Source: Candidatus Nomurabacteria bacterium RIFCSPHIGHO2_12_FULL_42_19
GTDB taxonomy: Bacteria; Patescibacteriota; Minisyncoccia; Phycocordibacterales; UBA9973
Direction of reading: 5' to 3'
Assembly (NCBI GenBank): GCA_001786955.1
Contig: MFUM01000002.1
Span: forward strand, 3,923 to 64,225
Length of the DNA stretch: 60,303 nt
A model generated the notes under the pieces. It saw nothing but the letters and a program-made list of their open reading frames with translations, was not told the origin of the DNA and did no database searches. Made by a program: the position numbers and the translations under genes. Below, piece after piece: positions 44,961 through 54,767 of the stretch (the stretch's first letter is position 1; the number at the start of each line of letters is the position of its first letter).

Positions 44961-45857
44961 ATGAATAGAAATGTTTTAAATTCTCCGCGCCTTTTGGAAT
45001 TAAAAAGACACAGGCAAAAGGCTGTTTGGGGTAAAATTTTTATTTTTTTGCTCGGACTTTTGGCAATTCTTGCTTTATTGGCTTATCTTTCCCACCTTGA
45101 CAGTTTGAATATCAGTGAAGTGCAGATTGTCGGCAATAAAGTCGTAGACGCCGGAACAATCAAAGAAGTAGTCGAACAGCAGATTGCAGGGGAATATCTA
45201 TGGTTTTTTTCCAGGACAAATATTTTATATTATCCTGGGGATAATATAAAAAACGAATTATGGAATAAGTTCAAAAGACTCAAAGACATAAGCCTGTCGA
45301 TTAAAAATAATAAAATTCTGGAAGTATTTCTAACCGAACGGGTAGCGAAGTTCATGTGGTGCGGCGCCGTTCTGCTACAAACAGAAACAGAGAATCCAAA
45401 ATGCTATTTTTTGGATGAAGACGGCTATATTTTCGATGAAGCGCCATATTTCTCCGGCGAAGTTTATTTTAAATTTTATGGTTCGGCAGATATAAATATT
45501 GACAATCCCTTAGGGCATAGCCTAACGGGCGAGCCATTCGGGTCTTATTTTTTTAAGCAAAATTTCAAACGGTTGGTTTCATTCAAAGATATTCTTATCG
45601 GCATCGGGTTGAAGCCGGTGGCGACATATATAACAGATGATGGAAACATAGAAATATTCCTTTCTAAGGGGGTTTTCTCGGCAACAGAACCAAAAATAAT
45701 CCTCAAGACGGATTCTGATTTCCAGAACGTCGCGGAAAATCTGGAAGCGGCATTAACCACCGAGCCTCTGCAATCGCAATTTAAAAATAAATATTCTTCT
45801 CTTCAATATATTGATTTACGGTTTGGAAATAAAGTTTATGATAAATTCTCCCCCTAA
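44961..45857 (+). CDS. ftsQ: FtsQ/DivIB-type cell division protein (TM plus POTRA)
   Basis: Single N-terminal TM helix, then a POTRA-like segment ISEVQIVGNKVVDAGTIKE. Confidence 0.6.
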   Translation: MNRNVLNSPRLLELKRHRQKAVWGKIFIFLLGLLAILALLAYLSHLDSLNISEVQIVGNKVVDAGTIKEVVEQQIAGEYLWFFSRTNILYYPGDNIKNELWNKFKRLKDISLSIKNNKILEVFLTERVAKFMWCGAVLLQTETENPKCYFLDEDGYIFDEAPYFSGEVYFKFYGSADINIDNPLGHSLTGEPFGSYFFKQNFKRLVSFKDILIGIGLKPVATYITDDGNIEIFLSKGVFSATEPKIILKTDSDFQNVAENLEAALTTEPLQSQFKNKYSSLQYIDLRFGNKVYDKFSP

Positions 45858-47007
45858 TTTCTGGCAAAAACTCAAAAAACCAATTTTTTGCCTGGCGCCA
45901 ATGGCAGATGTCACCGATTGCGCTTTTCGTCAAATAATCGCTAAATACTCATGTCACGGCGGAGTAGGCGGCGGGCCGGATGTATTCTATACCGAGTTTG
46001 TTTCCGCTGACGGACTAGCGCACCCAGAAGCAAGAGAAAAACTTTTAATTGATTTAAAATATTCTGAAAACGAACGGCCGATTGTCGCGCAAATCTTTGG
46101 CGGGAAACCGGAAAATATCAGAATCGCTTCGGCCTTGTGCAAAAAGCTCGGTTTTGACGGCATAGATATAAATATGGGCTGTCCGGATAAAACGATAGAG
46201 AAACAATGTGCCGGCGCGGCGATGATGAAAAACCCAAAAATGGCACGGAAGATAATCCGCGCGGCCAAGGAGGGCGCGGGCGGACTGCCTGTGTCGGTCA
46301 AAACCCGCATCGGATATAATCACAACGAAATTGGCAGTGCGTCTTCCGGGTGGATTCGCGAACTTCTCTCTGAGGATATAGCGGCATTGATTATCCATTT
46401 ACGCACCCGTAAAGAAATGTCCGATGTTCCGGCGCATTGGAATTTAATGAAAAGAATAGTGGAGATTCGCGATGAGATGGGAAAAGAAACTTTAATTTTA
46501 GGCAATGGGGATGTTTTGGATTTAGAAGATGCGAAACAAAAAATAAAAGAAACCAGTTGCGATGGAATTATGCTGGGCAGAGCTATTTTTGGCAATCCGT
46601 GGCTGTTTGCCAATTTGGCTTGCATAAAGCGCAACTGCCAAATTGAGCATCCCGCTTCAGATTCGCTAGTAAAAAAATCACAAATTTTAAGTAAATTTAA
46701 AAAAATATTTTCTCTCGCAACACAGAGCCGGAATAGTGCCGAGCGAAGCGAGTGTGTTGCCTTTAGCAAAAAAAGCGAATCTGGGGCTGGGATAAGTATT
46801 CAGGAAAAATTACTTATCATGATAGAGCACACCAAGCTTTTTGAGAAACTTTTGACTGGCCACAAAAATTTTGCAGTTATGAAAAAACATTATAAGGCAT
46901 ATGTGAATGGTTTTAATGGTGCAAAAGAATTTCGTATGAAATTAATGGAAGCAGAAAACGCTACCCAAGTGGAAGATATAACTAATGATTTTTTAAGAAA
47001 AATTTGA
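45838..47007 (+). CDS. dus: tRNA-dihydrouridine synthase carrying a ~47-aa structured insert
   Basis: LAPMADVTD, VAQIFG, IDINMGCP, VSVKTRIG. The ORF track start 45811 is an alternative. Confidence 0.85.
   Translation: MINSPPNFWQKLKKPIFCLAPMADVTDCAFRQIIAKYSCHGGVGGGPDVFYTEFVSADGLAHPEAREKLLIDLKYSENERPIVAQIFGGKPENIRIASALCKKLGFDGIDINMGCPDKTIEKQCAGAAMMKNPKMARKIIRAAKEGAGGLPVSVKTRIGYNHNEIGSASSGWIRELLSEDIAALIIHLRTRKEMSDVPAHWNLMKRIVEIRDEMGKETLILGNGDVLDLEDAKQKIKETSCDGIMLGRAIFGNPWLFANLACIKRNCQIEHPASDSLVKKSQILSKFKKIFSLATQSRNSAERSECVAFSKKSESGAGISIQEKLLIMIEHTKLFEKLLTGHKNFAVMKKHYKAYVNGFNGAKEFRMKLMEAENATQVEDITNDFLRKI
46651..46791. repeat. 141-nt nested inverted-repeat insert inside dus
   Basis: Outer arms CCCGCTTCAGATTCGCT / AGCGAATCTGGGGCTGGG (16 of 17 pairs allowing G-U); inner arms GCAACACA / TGTGTTGC. 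Confidence 0.7.
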
Positions 47008-47013
47008 TATAGT
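47005..47013 (+). promoter_or_regulatory. Extended -10 (TGaTATAGT) 6 nt upstream of the dnaX ATG, overlapping the dus stop
   Basis: TGATATAGT, then tattcc, then ATG 47020. Confidence 0.5.
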
Positions 47014-47019
47014 TATTCC

Positions 47020-48057
47020 ATGCACGACTTAGCTTTATATCGCAAATACCGGCCGAAAAGCTTCAAGGAAGTCCTGGGGCAGGACCATATTGTGAAGGTC
47101 TTAGAGAGTTCGGTAGAGACCAATAAAGTTTCGCATGCGTATCTTTTCGTCGGTTCGCGGGGGACAGGCAAGACGACCGTTGCCAGGATTTTTGCCGCCG
47201 ATATCGGCGTATCAGTCAATGATCTCTACGAGATAGACGCCGCTTCCAACCGGGGGATTGAGGACATAAAAGAATTAAGAGACGGCGTACGGGTATCACC
47301 CTTTGATTCAAAATATAAAGTTTACATAATAGACGAGGTGCATATGCTCTCCAAGGATGCCTGGGGAGCGCTGCTTAAAACCCTGGAAGAGCCGCCGAAG
47401 CATGTGATTTTCATTTTGGCAACTACAGAATTTCATAAAGTGCCGGAAACGATAATCTCCCGCTGCCAGGTTTTTACTTTCAAAAAAGCTTCCGACACGG
47501 TATGCAAGAAGATGGTGCTGGATGTGGCTAAAAAAGAAGGTTTTGATTTGGATGCCGGTTCGGCTGAACTTCTGGCTATTTTAGCAAATGGGTCATTTCG
47601 CGACGCGCTGGGCGAACTTCAAAAAGTTTTGAATTTTAGCAAAAGCAAGAAAATCAAAAGGGAAGATGTGGAAAAAATAACCGGGGCGCCGAAAACGACC
47701 CTGGTAAACGATTTCATTTCTGCTATTGCCGAGAAAAATCTGGAAAAAGGAATTGGAGTTGTGCGAAAAGCAGCCGAGGCGAATCTGGATATGAAATTAT
47801 ATTTCAAACTCATTATTCAAAAATTTCGCATCGCGATAGTTTTGCGTTATGCGCCGAAATTGCAAAATGAAATGGCCGAGGATTTGAGCGAGACGGATTT
47901 GGAATTCTTACAGGGTTTAGTAAAAAAAGATAAGGATGGACTACTTCGCTCGGGAGCACTCGCTGTTCTTCTTGAAGCGTATCAAAATATGGATAACGCA
48001 TTTATCGCCGAGTTGCCGCTGGAATTGGCGCTGGTGAAGATAATAAGCAAAGAATAA
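47020..48057 (+). CDS. dnaX: DNA polymerase III gamma/tau subunit (short, gamma-like)
   Basis: GSRGTGKTT, YIIDEVHML, IISRCQ. Confidence 0.9.
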   Translation: MHDLALYRKYRPKSFKEVLGQDHIVKVLESSVETNKVSHAYLFVGSRGTGKTTVARIFAADIGVSVNDLYEIDAASNRGIEDIKELRDGVRVSPFDSKYKVYIIDEVHMLSKDAWGALLKTLEEPPKHVIFILATTEFHKVPETIISRCQVFTFKKASDTVCKKMVLDVAKKEGFDLDAGSAELLAILANGSFRDALGELQKVLNFSKSKKIKREDVEKITGAPKTTLVNDFISAIAEKNLEKGIGVVRKAAEANLDMKLYFKLIIQKFRIAIVLRYAPKLQNEMAEDLSETDLEFLQGLVKKDKDGLLRSGALAVLLEAYQNMDNAFIAELPLELALVKIISKE

Positions 48058-48066
48058 CTACTATAT

Positions 48067-48507
48067 ATGAGCAACCAGGATGTAACCACCCATAAATTCG
48101 TGGCAGTTTTAAACAAAAAAGCCGAACTGGGCAAGGTTGTAAATGCCCTTGCGCACATGTCTGTCGGCCTTGGCGCGAGCGCGATTCCGGAAGAGAAAGA
48201 ATTAATGGGATTTATTGATTACATTGATAAAGATGGAAATCATCATAATAATTTATCAAAAAATAGTTATGTAATTCTTCGGGCAGATAATTCAAATCAA
48301 ATAAGAACCGCTAGAAAAGCCGCACTGGAGAAAGGGATTCGTGTAGTAGACTTTACCAGCACTATGCAAGAGGGAACATATATAGACCAAATTAACCGAA
48401 CTAAAGAAATTCCAGAAGCGGAGCTTGAATATTACGGCATTTGCATGTTCGGCCCGATTGCGGAAATAAGCGAACTAACCCGAAAGTTTCAGTTGTGGAA
48501 GATTTAG
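48067..48507 (+). CDS. DUF2000-like protein
   Basis: HKFVAVLNKKAELGKVVNALAHMSVGLG resembles the DUF2000 family (recalled from memory, not searched). Confidence 0.45.
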   Translation: MSNQDVTTHKFVAVLNKKAELGKVVNALAHMSVGLGASAIPEEKELMGFIDYIDKDGNHHNNLSKNSYVILRADNSNQIRTARKAALEKGIRVVDFTSTMQEGTYIDQINRTKEIPEAELEYYGICMFGPIAEISELTRKFQLWKI

Positions 48508-49376
48508 GAACCTAATTTGAGAACTACCAAGCCCAGAATCATAATGATGGTTCCTATTATTGCTTCTAGTTTTGGACGGTCTTTCAGGAAGAAATAACCA
48601 AACAAGAAAACAAAAAATACCTGCGTTCTAAAAACAGAAGAAACAAGACCTGGATTTCCATTCGCCAAAGCAAAAAATCCCACGATATTGCTTGCAGAAA
48701 AAATCACAGCCAATAATAAAATTAATTTCCCATTAGTTATAATTTCTTGGATGACTATTTTCTTTTTTTTCAACATCCACGGTAAAAGTCCTAAAATAAT
48801 TATTAAATCTTCAACTAAAACAACAAATAGAAAATTTTGCGAAAAGGTGTGGTTAATGGCAATTTTATCAAAAATGGAAACAACGCTACCAATAAAGATT
48901 GAGACCATCATTAAAAAGGCCAGTTTGTTTTGGTAAAGAACTTTAAATGGTTTCAACAATCCTTCACGAGCTGAACTAACATTAAGAATATAAATTCCTA
49001 AAAGAGTAATGCCGCTTCCTAAAAAAGCATAAAGTGACACTTTCTCCGAAAGAATTATTATTGATAATATTAAGGTAAAAATGGGACCAATAGAAATAAG
49101 AGGATAAATCTCCGAGAGTAAGGAGTTTTTAATCGTTTTCCAAAAAATGATTTTTGATGCCGTATAAAATATTGCTGATCCAAATACCCCAATAAAAAAC
49201 ATATAATCCAGAGTAGGTATGCCGTTTTTCCAAGCAAACATAAAAACAAATGGAGTTGACGCCGTAATTATAACCCAATAAAAAATTACCGGGTCCATGT
49301 TTTTTATAGTGTGTTTACTTATAACAACATAAATACCCGTAAGTAAAGACATTAAAAGTGCCGCATAAAACCACAT
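48504..49376 (-). CDS. EamA/DMT family transporter
   Basis: 10-TM protein with duplicated EamA-like halves. TGgTATAAT lies 6 nt upstream (49383..49391). Confidence 0.75.
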   Translation of the reverse strand: MWFYAALLMSLLTGIYVVISKHTIKNMDPVIFYWVIITASTPFVFMFAWKNGIPTLDYMFFIGVFGSAIFYTASKIIFWKTIKNSLLSEIYPLISIGPIFTLILSIIILSEKVSLYAFLGSGITLLGIYILNVSSAREGLLKPFKVLYQNKLAFLMMVSIFIGSVVSIFDKIAINHTFSQNFLFVVLVEDLIIILGLLPWMLKKKKIVIQEIITNGKLILLLAVIFSASNIVGFFALANGNPGLVSSVFRTQVFFVFLFGYFFLKDRPKLEAIIGTIIMILGLVVLKLGS

Positions 49377-49415
49377 TCCGCTATTATACCAATTTTATTT
49401 ATTAAGGAGTAGAGA

Positions 49416-49910
49416 TTATTTATTTTTTATGTTTTTTACCTGACGATGACCTTGGATTATGTGCCTGAAAAGTCCGTCCAAAGGGGATATGGTACTAATT
49501 AGAGTAAGATGAAGTAAGGTTTTCTTGTCTAAAGATTGCTTTTCTTTTAACTCTGTATAAGTTTTGCCTTGAGGAAAACCTATTTTATCAATATCAGTTT
49601 CAGAAATTTTATATTCCATATCATGTGCACCTCTATTTCTTAATTTATTTAATGCATTTATAGAATCCCATAAACTATTATCCATAACGTTTAATGCTTT
49701 TACCATAATTAACTTCTGACTAAATGTAAAATTATTATCTAATAAGATATCTCCTCTCGGAATTTCTAATGAAATTATCTGATCTATGTAATATTCTGCA
49801 AGTAATAATGCTTTTAGTATCATGAGAATCGGATCAAGTTTTGGATTTACAACTTTCATGAAACGAATGAATCCTGTATCTTCTTTTTTGTTTCTGTTTT
49901 TTTTCTTCAT
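49416..49910 (-). CDS. HEPN-like (DUF4145-type) protein with an Rx4H motif
   Basis: ALNKLRNRGAHD contains R-x4-H. Start moved from 49958 to ATG 49910, because the extension overlaps tRNA-Gln. Confidence 0.5.
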   Translation of the reverse strand: MKKKNRNKKEDTGFIRFMKVVNPKLDPILMILKALLLAEYYIDQIISLEIPRGDILLDNNFTFSQKLIMVKALNVMDNSLWDSINALNKLRNRGAHDMEYKISETDIDKIGFPQGKTYTELKEKQSLDKKTLLHLTLISTISPLDGLFRHIIQGHRQVKNIKNK

Positions 49911-49927
49911 AAATTTTAAATTACGAG

Positions 49928-49998
49928 CTGGGAGACTTGGAATCGAACCAAGATTCACGGCTTCAAAGGCCGCTGTCCTACCGTTAGACGATCTCCCA
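49928..49998 (-). tRNA. tRNA-Gln (anticodon UUG)
   Basis: Acceptor TGGGAGA/TCTCCCA, anticodon stem GCGGC/GCCGT with loop CTTTGAA, T-arm CTTGG-TTCGATT-CCAAG. Confidence 0.85.
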
Positions 49999-50086
49999 AT
50001 TTATTGTATCTGACTCCCAAAATCCTAAAAACACTTAATTTATAGCATAAATTTTCATAAAAATCTAGATTTTGGTATACTTTAAT

Positions 50087-50566
50087 ATGCTTATGAAAAT
50101 AAAAATAATTATAGCGGTAGGCGTATTGGTAATAGGGATAGGGTACTTTGCTTTTTATTTTAAAAACCCGGTTCCCGCCGGCAAGATGCCTGCGCAGAAT
50201 TTGGACCAAAATTTACAGAAAATAACATATAACAATGCAACGACTGATTTAATTATTGTTGAGCTTCCGTTCCCAGGAGCGGTTACAGGGAAAGAATTCA
50301 GCGTAATAGGTAAAGCCCGCGGGAATTGGTTTTTTGAGGCATCTTTTCCTATTACGCTTCTGGATAAAAACGGCAATATGTTGGTAGAAACTTATGCTAC
50401 CGCACAGGGAGAATGGATGACGACCGACTTTGTGCCTTTTAAAAGTGAAGTCAAAGCACCGATAGATTATATCGGTCCGGCTACTTTAATACTCAAAAAG
50501 GACAACCCTTCTGATATGCGAGAATTTGATGCATCTATTTCATTCCCAATAACTATTGAATATTAA
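50087..50566 (+). CDS. Gmad2 immunoglobulin-like domain protein with an N-terminal TM anchor
   Basis: GNWFFEASFPITLLDKNGN...GEWMTTDFVPF. TGgTATACT lies 5 nt upstream. Confidence 0.7.
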   Translation: MLMKIKIIIAVGVLVIGIGYFAFYFKNPVPAGKMPAQNLDQNLQKITYNNATTDLIIVELPFPGAVTGKEFSVIGKARGNWFFEASFPITLLDKNGNMLVETYATAQGEWMTTDFVPFKSEVKAPIDYIGPATLILKKDNPSDMREFDASISFPITIEY

Positions 50567-50585
50567 AGTAAATGATACTTATTTT

Positions 50586-50930
50586 ATGCCGCAAATAACT
50601 TACGAAGATTTTACAAAGGTGGATATACGGGTTGGGAAAATTGTTGAAATTTCAGATTTTCCCGAAGCCCACAAGCCTGCCTATAAGCTCAAAATTGATT
50701 TTGGCCCGGAAATAGGGGTGAAAAATTCCAGTGTGCAGGCGGTCGGAGCACACACCAAAGAAGAACTTCTGAATTCTTTCGTCTGCTGCGTGGTGAATTT
50801 CTCTCCGAAAAAAGTCGGACCCTTCCTTTCCGAAGTTTTGACTTTGGGTTTCAGGAATAATTTGGGAGGCGGCTGGATCCTGATTGAGCCGAAAACCGAT
50901 TCGGTGGATTTGGGCAGCAAATTGGCGTAA
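50586..50930 (+). CDS. tRNA-binding (CsaA/EMAP-like OB-fold) protein
   Basis: FTKVDIRVGKIVEI.DFPEA.KPAYKLKIDFG. Confidence 0.8.
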   Translation: MPQITYEDFTKVDIRVGKIVEISDFPEAHKPAYKLKIDFGPEIGVKNSSVQAVGAHTKEELLNSFVCCVVNFSPKKVGPFLSEVLTLGFRNNLGGGWILIEPKTDSVDLGSKLA

Positions 50931-50936
50931 AAAAAT

Positions 50937-50968
50937 ATACGTATTCGTATACGTATATAAATACGTAT
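50937..50968. promoter_or_regulatory. Three ATACGTAT palindromic boxes at 12-nt spacing (putative operator array)
   Basis: Boxes at 50937..50944, 50949..50956 and 50961..50968, directly upstream of TGcTATAAT (50981..50989). Confidence 0.6.
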
Positions 50969-50980
50969 AGATAAAATTTT

Positions 50981-50989
50981 TGCTATAAT
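50981..50989 (+). promoter_or_regulatory. Extended -10 (TGcTATAAT) 6 nt upstream of ATG 50996
   Basis: TGCTATAAT, then aaaact, then ATG. Confidence 0.6.
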
Positions 50990-50995
50990 AAAACT

Positions 50996-51421
50996 ATGGG
51001 GGAACAATTAGGAAAACCAAATAATATACCAACAGAAATTCAAAAAGTTCCAGAAAAGATTCTTAGAGAAGACGCCTTGGCAGATTTGTTGCAAAGACGT
51101 AAAGCAGAGCTGCGTAAAACAGAACCACAAATAGCCGAGGAATTGTCAAAAATTTTGGGATATAAGGTCGGCAAAACTTCGGTGACACAATGGAGCCATA
51201 GATATGACCCGCATTTCCCCGAGGAGAGCAAACTTCAGGCTATCGCAGAAGTTTATGAACTTTCTTTATCGGAAGTAGAGCTAGCCAGACAAGAAGGTTT
51301 AACTGCCAGGGGAAAATTGACCGACTCCAGGAAAAGTCCAAAGGTCCAAAAACCTGATCGCGAAAATGATGTCTATGGTGGTGGCAGTATGAGCCGCGCC
51401 CATCGCGCAGGACGCTCCTAA
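50996..51421 (+). CDS. HTH (XRE-like) DNA-binding protein with a basic disordered tail
   Basis: RKTEPQIAEELSKILGYKVGKTSVTQWS is helix-turn-helix-like. Confidence 0.55.
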   Translation: MGEQLGKPNNIPTEIQKVPEKILREDALADLLQRRKAELRKTEPQIAEELSKILGYKVGKTSVTQWSHRYDPHFPEESKLQAIAEVYELSLSEVELARQEGLTARGKLTDSRKSPKVQKPDRENDVYGGGSMSRAHRAGRS

Positions 51422-51452
51422 TGTGCTATTATTCTCATATAAATACGAGAAC

Positions 51453-51863
51453 ATGGAGATTGATGAATCAATATTCAATAAAATGAAAAGTTCCGCTCCG
51501 ATAATCCTTCGGATAGGATTGTCTCTGGTATTTTTGTGGTTCGGCTCGCAGCAGCTGCTTCACACAAGTATGTGGGTGGGGCTAATTCCGGAGTGGGTTT
51601 TATCCCTGTCTCAACTCAGCGCCGCGACTTGGGTTCTTTTCAACGGCGCATTTGAAATTGTATTCGGTTTTTGCCTGCTGGCAGGATATTTTACCCGAAT
51701 AACCGCACTTCTGCTGGCATTTCACTTGCTTGGCATCATATTTACTGTTGGCTATAACGACATTGGCGTGCGCGATTTCGGGCTTTCAATGGCGGTAATT
51801 TCCGTATTTCTCTATGGGAACGATTCCTGGTGCCTGGATAGATTTTTGGCAAAAAAGAGTTAA
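51453..51863 (+). CDS. DoxX family membrane protein
   Basis: RIGLSLVFLWFGSQQL plus four TM helices. The ORF track start GTG 51423 is an alternative. Confidence 0.65.
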   Translation: MEIDESIFNKMKSSAPIILRIGLSLVFLWFGSQQLLHTSMWVGLIPEWVLSLSQLSAATWVLFNGAFEIVFGFCLLAGYFTRITALLLAFHLLGIIFTVGYNDIGVRDFGLSMAVISVFLYGNDSWCLDRFLAKKS

Positions 51864-51879
51864 TGTGATATAAAGTGGT

Positions 51880-53367
51880 ATGTCCAAAACAAATAAACAA
51901 AAAAATTATATGTCTAAAAACTTGGGCCAGGGACTGACTTTTGACGATATATTGCTCGTGCCGGATTATAGCGAGGTTCTACCCAAAAATGTAATAACCA
52001 AAACAAAGCTAACAAAAAACATAAATCTTCATATCCCATTCATGTCCGCGGCCATGGATACGGTTACCGAATCCAAAATGGCGATAGCTATGGCGGAGCA
52101 GGGAGGCATCGGCATTATCCATAAAAATCTTTCAATTGCCGACCAGGCGCGGGAAGTGGAAAAAGTCAAAAGATATGAAGCAGGCCGGATTACCAATCCG
52201 GTCACGCTTCCTATTGATGCGACGGTAGGCGACGTATTTGCTATACAAAAAAAATATCATTTCGGCGGATTTCCGGTCCTGGATAAAAACGGCTTTTTGG
52301 CAGGGATTATCACCAACCGCGACCTTCGCTTCCAAAAAGACGAATCTACCCCGATAAAAAAAATAATGACTACCAAATTGATAACCGGCGGGCCAGATAC
52401 AAGCATAGAAGAGGCGAATAATTTATTCAACAAGCATGCTATAGAAAAACTTCCATTAGTCGATAAAAATAATAAATTAGTCGGGCTGATTACTTATCGG
52501 GATATAGCTAAGTCAAAAGAATACCCGAACGCAACCAAAGATAAATTAGGCCGGCTCTGCGTTGGAGCGGCTGTCGGCACGGGAGCCGACGCTCTTCTGC
52601 AAGTGGAAGCATTGGTCAAAGCCGATGTTGATGTAATTTGCGTAGATACCGCTCATGGACATTCAAAAGGCGTACTTGATGTAGTCCAAAAAATCCGCAG
52701 GTCATATCCGAAACTTGATATTATTGCCGGTAATGTTGCGACAGAAGAAGCGGCATTGGCATTAATAAAAGCCGGGGCAAATGCCGTCAAGGTCGGCATT
52801 GGTCCGGGTTCAATCTGCACGACACGCATCGTTTCCGGCGTCGGTGTGCCGCAGCTTTCGGCTATTTCTGCAGTTTATCAAGCATGCAAGAAATTTAATA
52901 TTCCGGTCATCGCCGACGGAGGCGTCAAGCATAGCGGCGACGCAGTCAAGGCTTTGGCTTTCGGCGCCGATGTAATCATGTCCGGGTCTATGTTTGCCGG
53001 CACGGACGAATCCCCGGGAGACACTATCGCAATAAATGACCAAAAATTCAAGAAATACCGAGGCATGGGCTCGCTCGGCGCAATGCAAAGAGGCTCCAAA
53101 GACCGTTATTTCCAGGATGACCAATATGATTTGACGAAACTGGTTCCGGAGGGCGTTTCCGGACATGTTTCTTATAAAGGCGCGCTGTCCGAAATCATCC
53201 ATCAATATGTCGGAGGGCTTCGCGCGGGTATGGGCTATCTGGGAGCGGAAAATATTTCAAAACTGCGGAATGCTTCCTATTACACCATTACCTCAGCCGG
53301 ATTAAACGAAAGCCACGTCCATGATATTTTTATGGTCAGTCCGGCGCCGAATTACAAAAAAAGATGA
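51880..53367 (+). CDS. guaB: IMP dehydrogenase
   Basis: [10 protein letters not shown], tandem CBS domains, catalytic [19 protein letters not shown]. Confidence 0.95.
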   Translation: MSKTNKQKNYMSKNLGQGLTFDDILLVPDYSEVLPKNVITKTKLTKNINLHIPFMSAAMDTVTESKMAIAMAEQGGIGIIHKNLSIADQAREVEKVKRYEAGRITNPVTLPIDATVGDVFAIQKKYHFGGFPVLDKNGFLAGIITNRDLRFQKDESTPIKKIMTTKLITGGPDTSIEEANNLFNKHAIEKLPLVDKNNKLVGLITYRDIAKSKEYPNATKDKLGRLCVGAAVGTGADALLQVEALVKADVDVICVDTAHGHSKGVLDVVQKIRRSYPKLDIIAGNVATEEAALALIKAGANAVKVGIGPGSICTTRIVSGVGVPQLSAISAVYQACKKFNIPVIADGGVKHSGDAVKALAFGADVIMSGSMFAGTDESPGDTIAINDQKFKKYRGMGSLGAMQRGSKDRYFQDDQYDLTKLVPEGVSGHVSYKGALSEIIHQYVGGLRAGMGYLGAENISKLRNASYYTITSAGLNESHVHDIFMVSPAPNYKKR

Positions 53368-54767
53368 CAAGAAAGAACGTAAGAAAAAATAAATCTAAAA
53401 TTACTCCTATTATCGGCTTGCAATGGGGAGATGAGGGAAAAGGAAAGGGCGTTGCCCGCATTGCGTCTAATTTATCCAAGAATGATTTGATTGTCAGGTT
53501 CCAGGGCGGAAACAATGCCGGGCATACCATCTGGCATGCCGGCAAGTGTTATGTGTTTAAATTAATTCCGTCGGGAATTTTCGGCCAGGCGCAAATACAT
53601 TTGGGCGCCGGTATGGTCATTAACCCGGGAGCATTTTTACAGGAAACCGGAACAATACCGAAATATGTTTCTTTTTTGGACAGGATGTCTGTTTCTCCGC
53701 ATGCCATTTTGACAATGCCCACGCATATTCTGCTTGATTCAATTTCCGAAAAACAAAAAGGCGGGAAGAAAATAGGTTCTACCGGCAGGGGAATCTCGCC
53801 CTCTTATACCGACCTTACTTTGCGAAGGGCGCTCCGGGTCGGGGATATTTTCCAAAATGATTTCAAAAAAAGATACGCCGCGCTCAGCCGAGAGCATAAA
53901 AAAACTCTGCTGAATGTTTTTAAATACAAAGCCAAAGATAAAGAATTGAGAGAATCCGAGAAGAATTTTTTCCAGGGCGTTGAATTTTTGCGCTCGCTTC
54001 GTGTCATCCAATCGGCGGAAATCGTGGAGGCTGCGCTCTCCGGCGGGCATAAGGTCATTGCCGAAGGAGCGCAAGGGACACTGCTGGATGTCCGTTTCGG
54101 GAATTACCCTTTCGTGACTTCCTCGCACACTATAGCGAGCGGAGTCGGCACCGGGCTCGGCCTCCCGCCTTCCCTTATTGGGCCTTCCATCGGCGTTTTA
54201 AAGGCCTATACGACCAAGGTTGGAGAGGGGCCTTTCCCGACGGAGCTCGGCGGAATAAAATCCGCCATTTGGTGCCGGGATGAAAAATCCGCTTATGAAA
54301 AAGAAAAATTCCCGGAACCCGATTTAAACAGCCAAGATGAATTCGAGCAGGGCGTTGCGCTGCGAAAGGCGGGTAGCGAATTCGGCGCCGTGACCGGACG
54401 CTTGCGCCGGACCGGCTGGCTGGATATCCCGCTGGTAAAATACGCGATAAAAATAAACAATTCGGCGGAACTGATATTGACCAAGTTGGATGTATTGAAC
54501 GGCTTTAAGAAAATAAAAATTTGCACGCATTATTTTATCAACGGCCACCGAACACAAAAAACTCCATTTGATCTATCCCGGGCAAAAATAAAATGCGTCT
54601 ATAAAAATTTTCCTGTTTGGAAAGAAGAGTTGTCCGACTATGGTAAAAAATTGCCGAAAGAAGCTCTAAACTATGTAAAATTCCTGGAAAAAGAGCTTGG
54701 TGCCAAGATTATATATGTCGGCACCGGCCCGGAAGAGCATCATGTCGTGGAACGTTATTGGAGATAG
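53364..54767 (+). CDS. purA: Adenylosuccinate synthetase
   Basis: GLQWGDEGKGK, GGNNAGHT, STGRGI, TGRLRRTGWLD. Confidence 0.93.
   Translation: MTRKNVRKNKSKITPIIGLQWGDEGKGKGVARIASNLSKNDLIVRFQGGNNAGHTIWHAGKCYVFKLIPSGIFGQAQIHLGAGMVINPGAFLQETGTIPKYVSFLDRMSVSPHAILTMPTHILLDSISEKQKGGKKIGSTGRGISPSYTDLTLRRALRVGDIFQNDFKKRYAALSREHKKTLLNVFKYKAKDKELRESEKNFFQGVEFLRSLRVIQSAEIVEAALSGGHKVIAEGAQGTLLDVRFGNYPFVTSSHTIASGVGTGLGLPPSLIGPSIGVLKAYTTKVGEGPFPTELGGIKSAIWCRDEKSAYEKEKFPEPDLNSQDEFEQGVALRKAGSEFGAVTGRLRRTGWLDIPLVKYAIKINNSAELILTKLDVLNGFKKIKICTHYFINGHRTQKTPFDLSRAKIKCVYKNFPVWKEELSDYGKKLPKEALNYVKFLEKELGAKIIYVGTGPEEHHVVERYWR

Noticed and set aside
49911-49958. N-terminal extension of the HEPN-like ORF (GTG start 49958)
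   Set aside because: The extension is the reverse complement of tRNA-Gln, so the ATG at 49910 is used instead.
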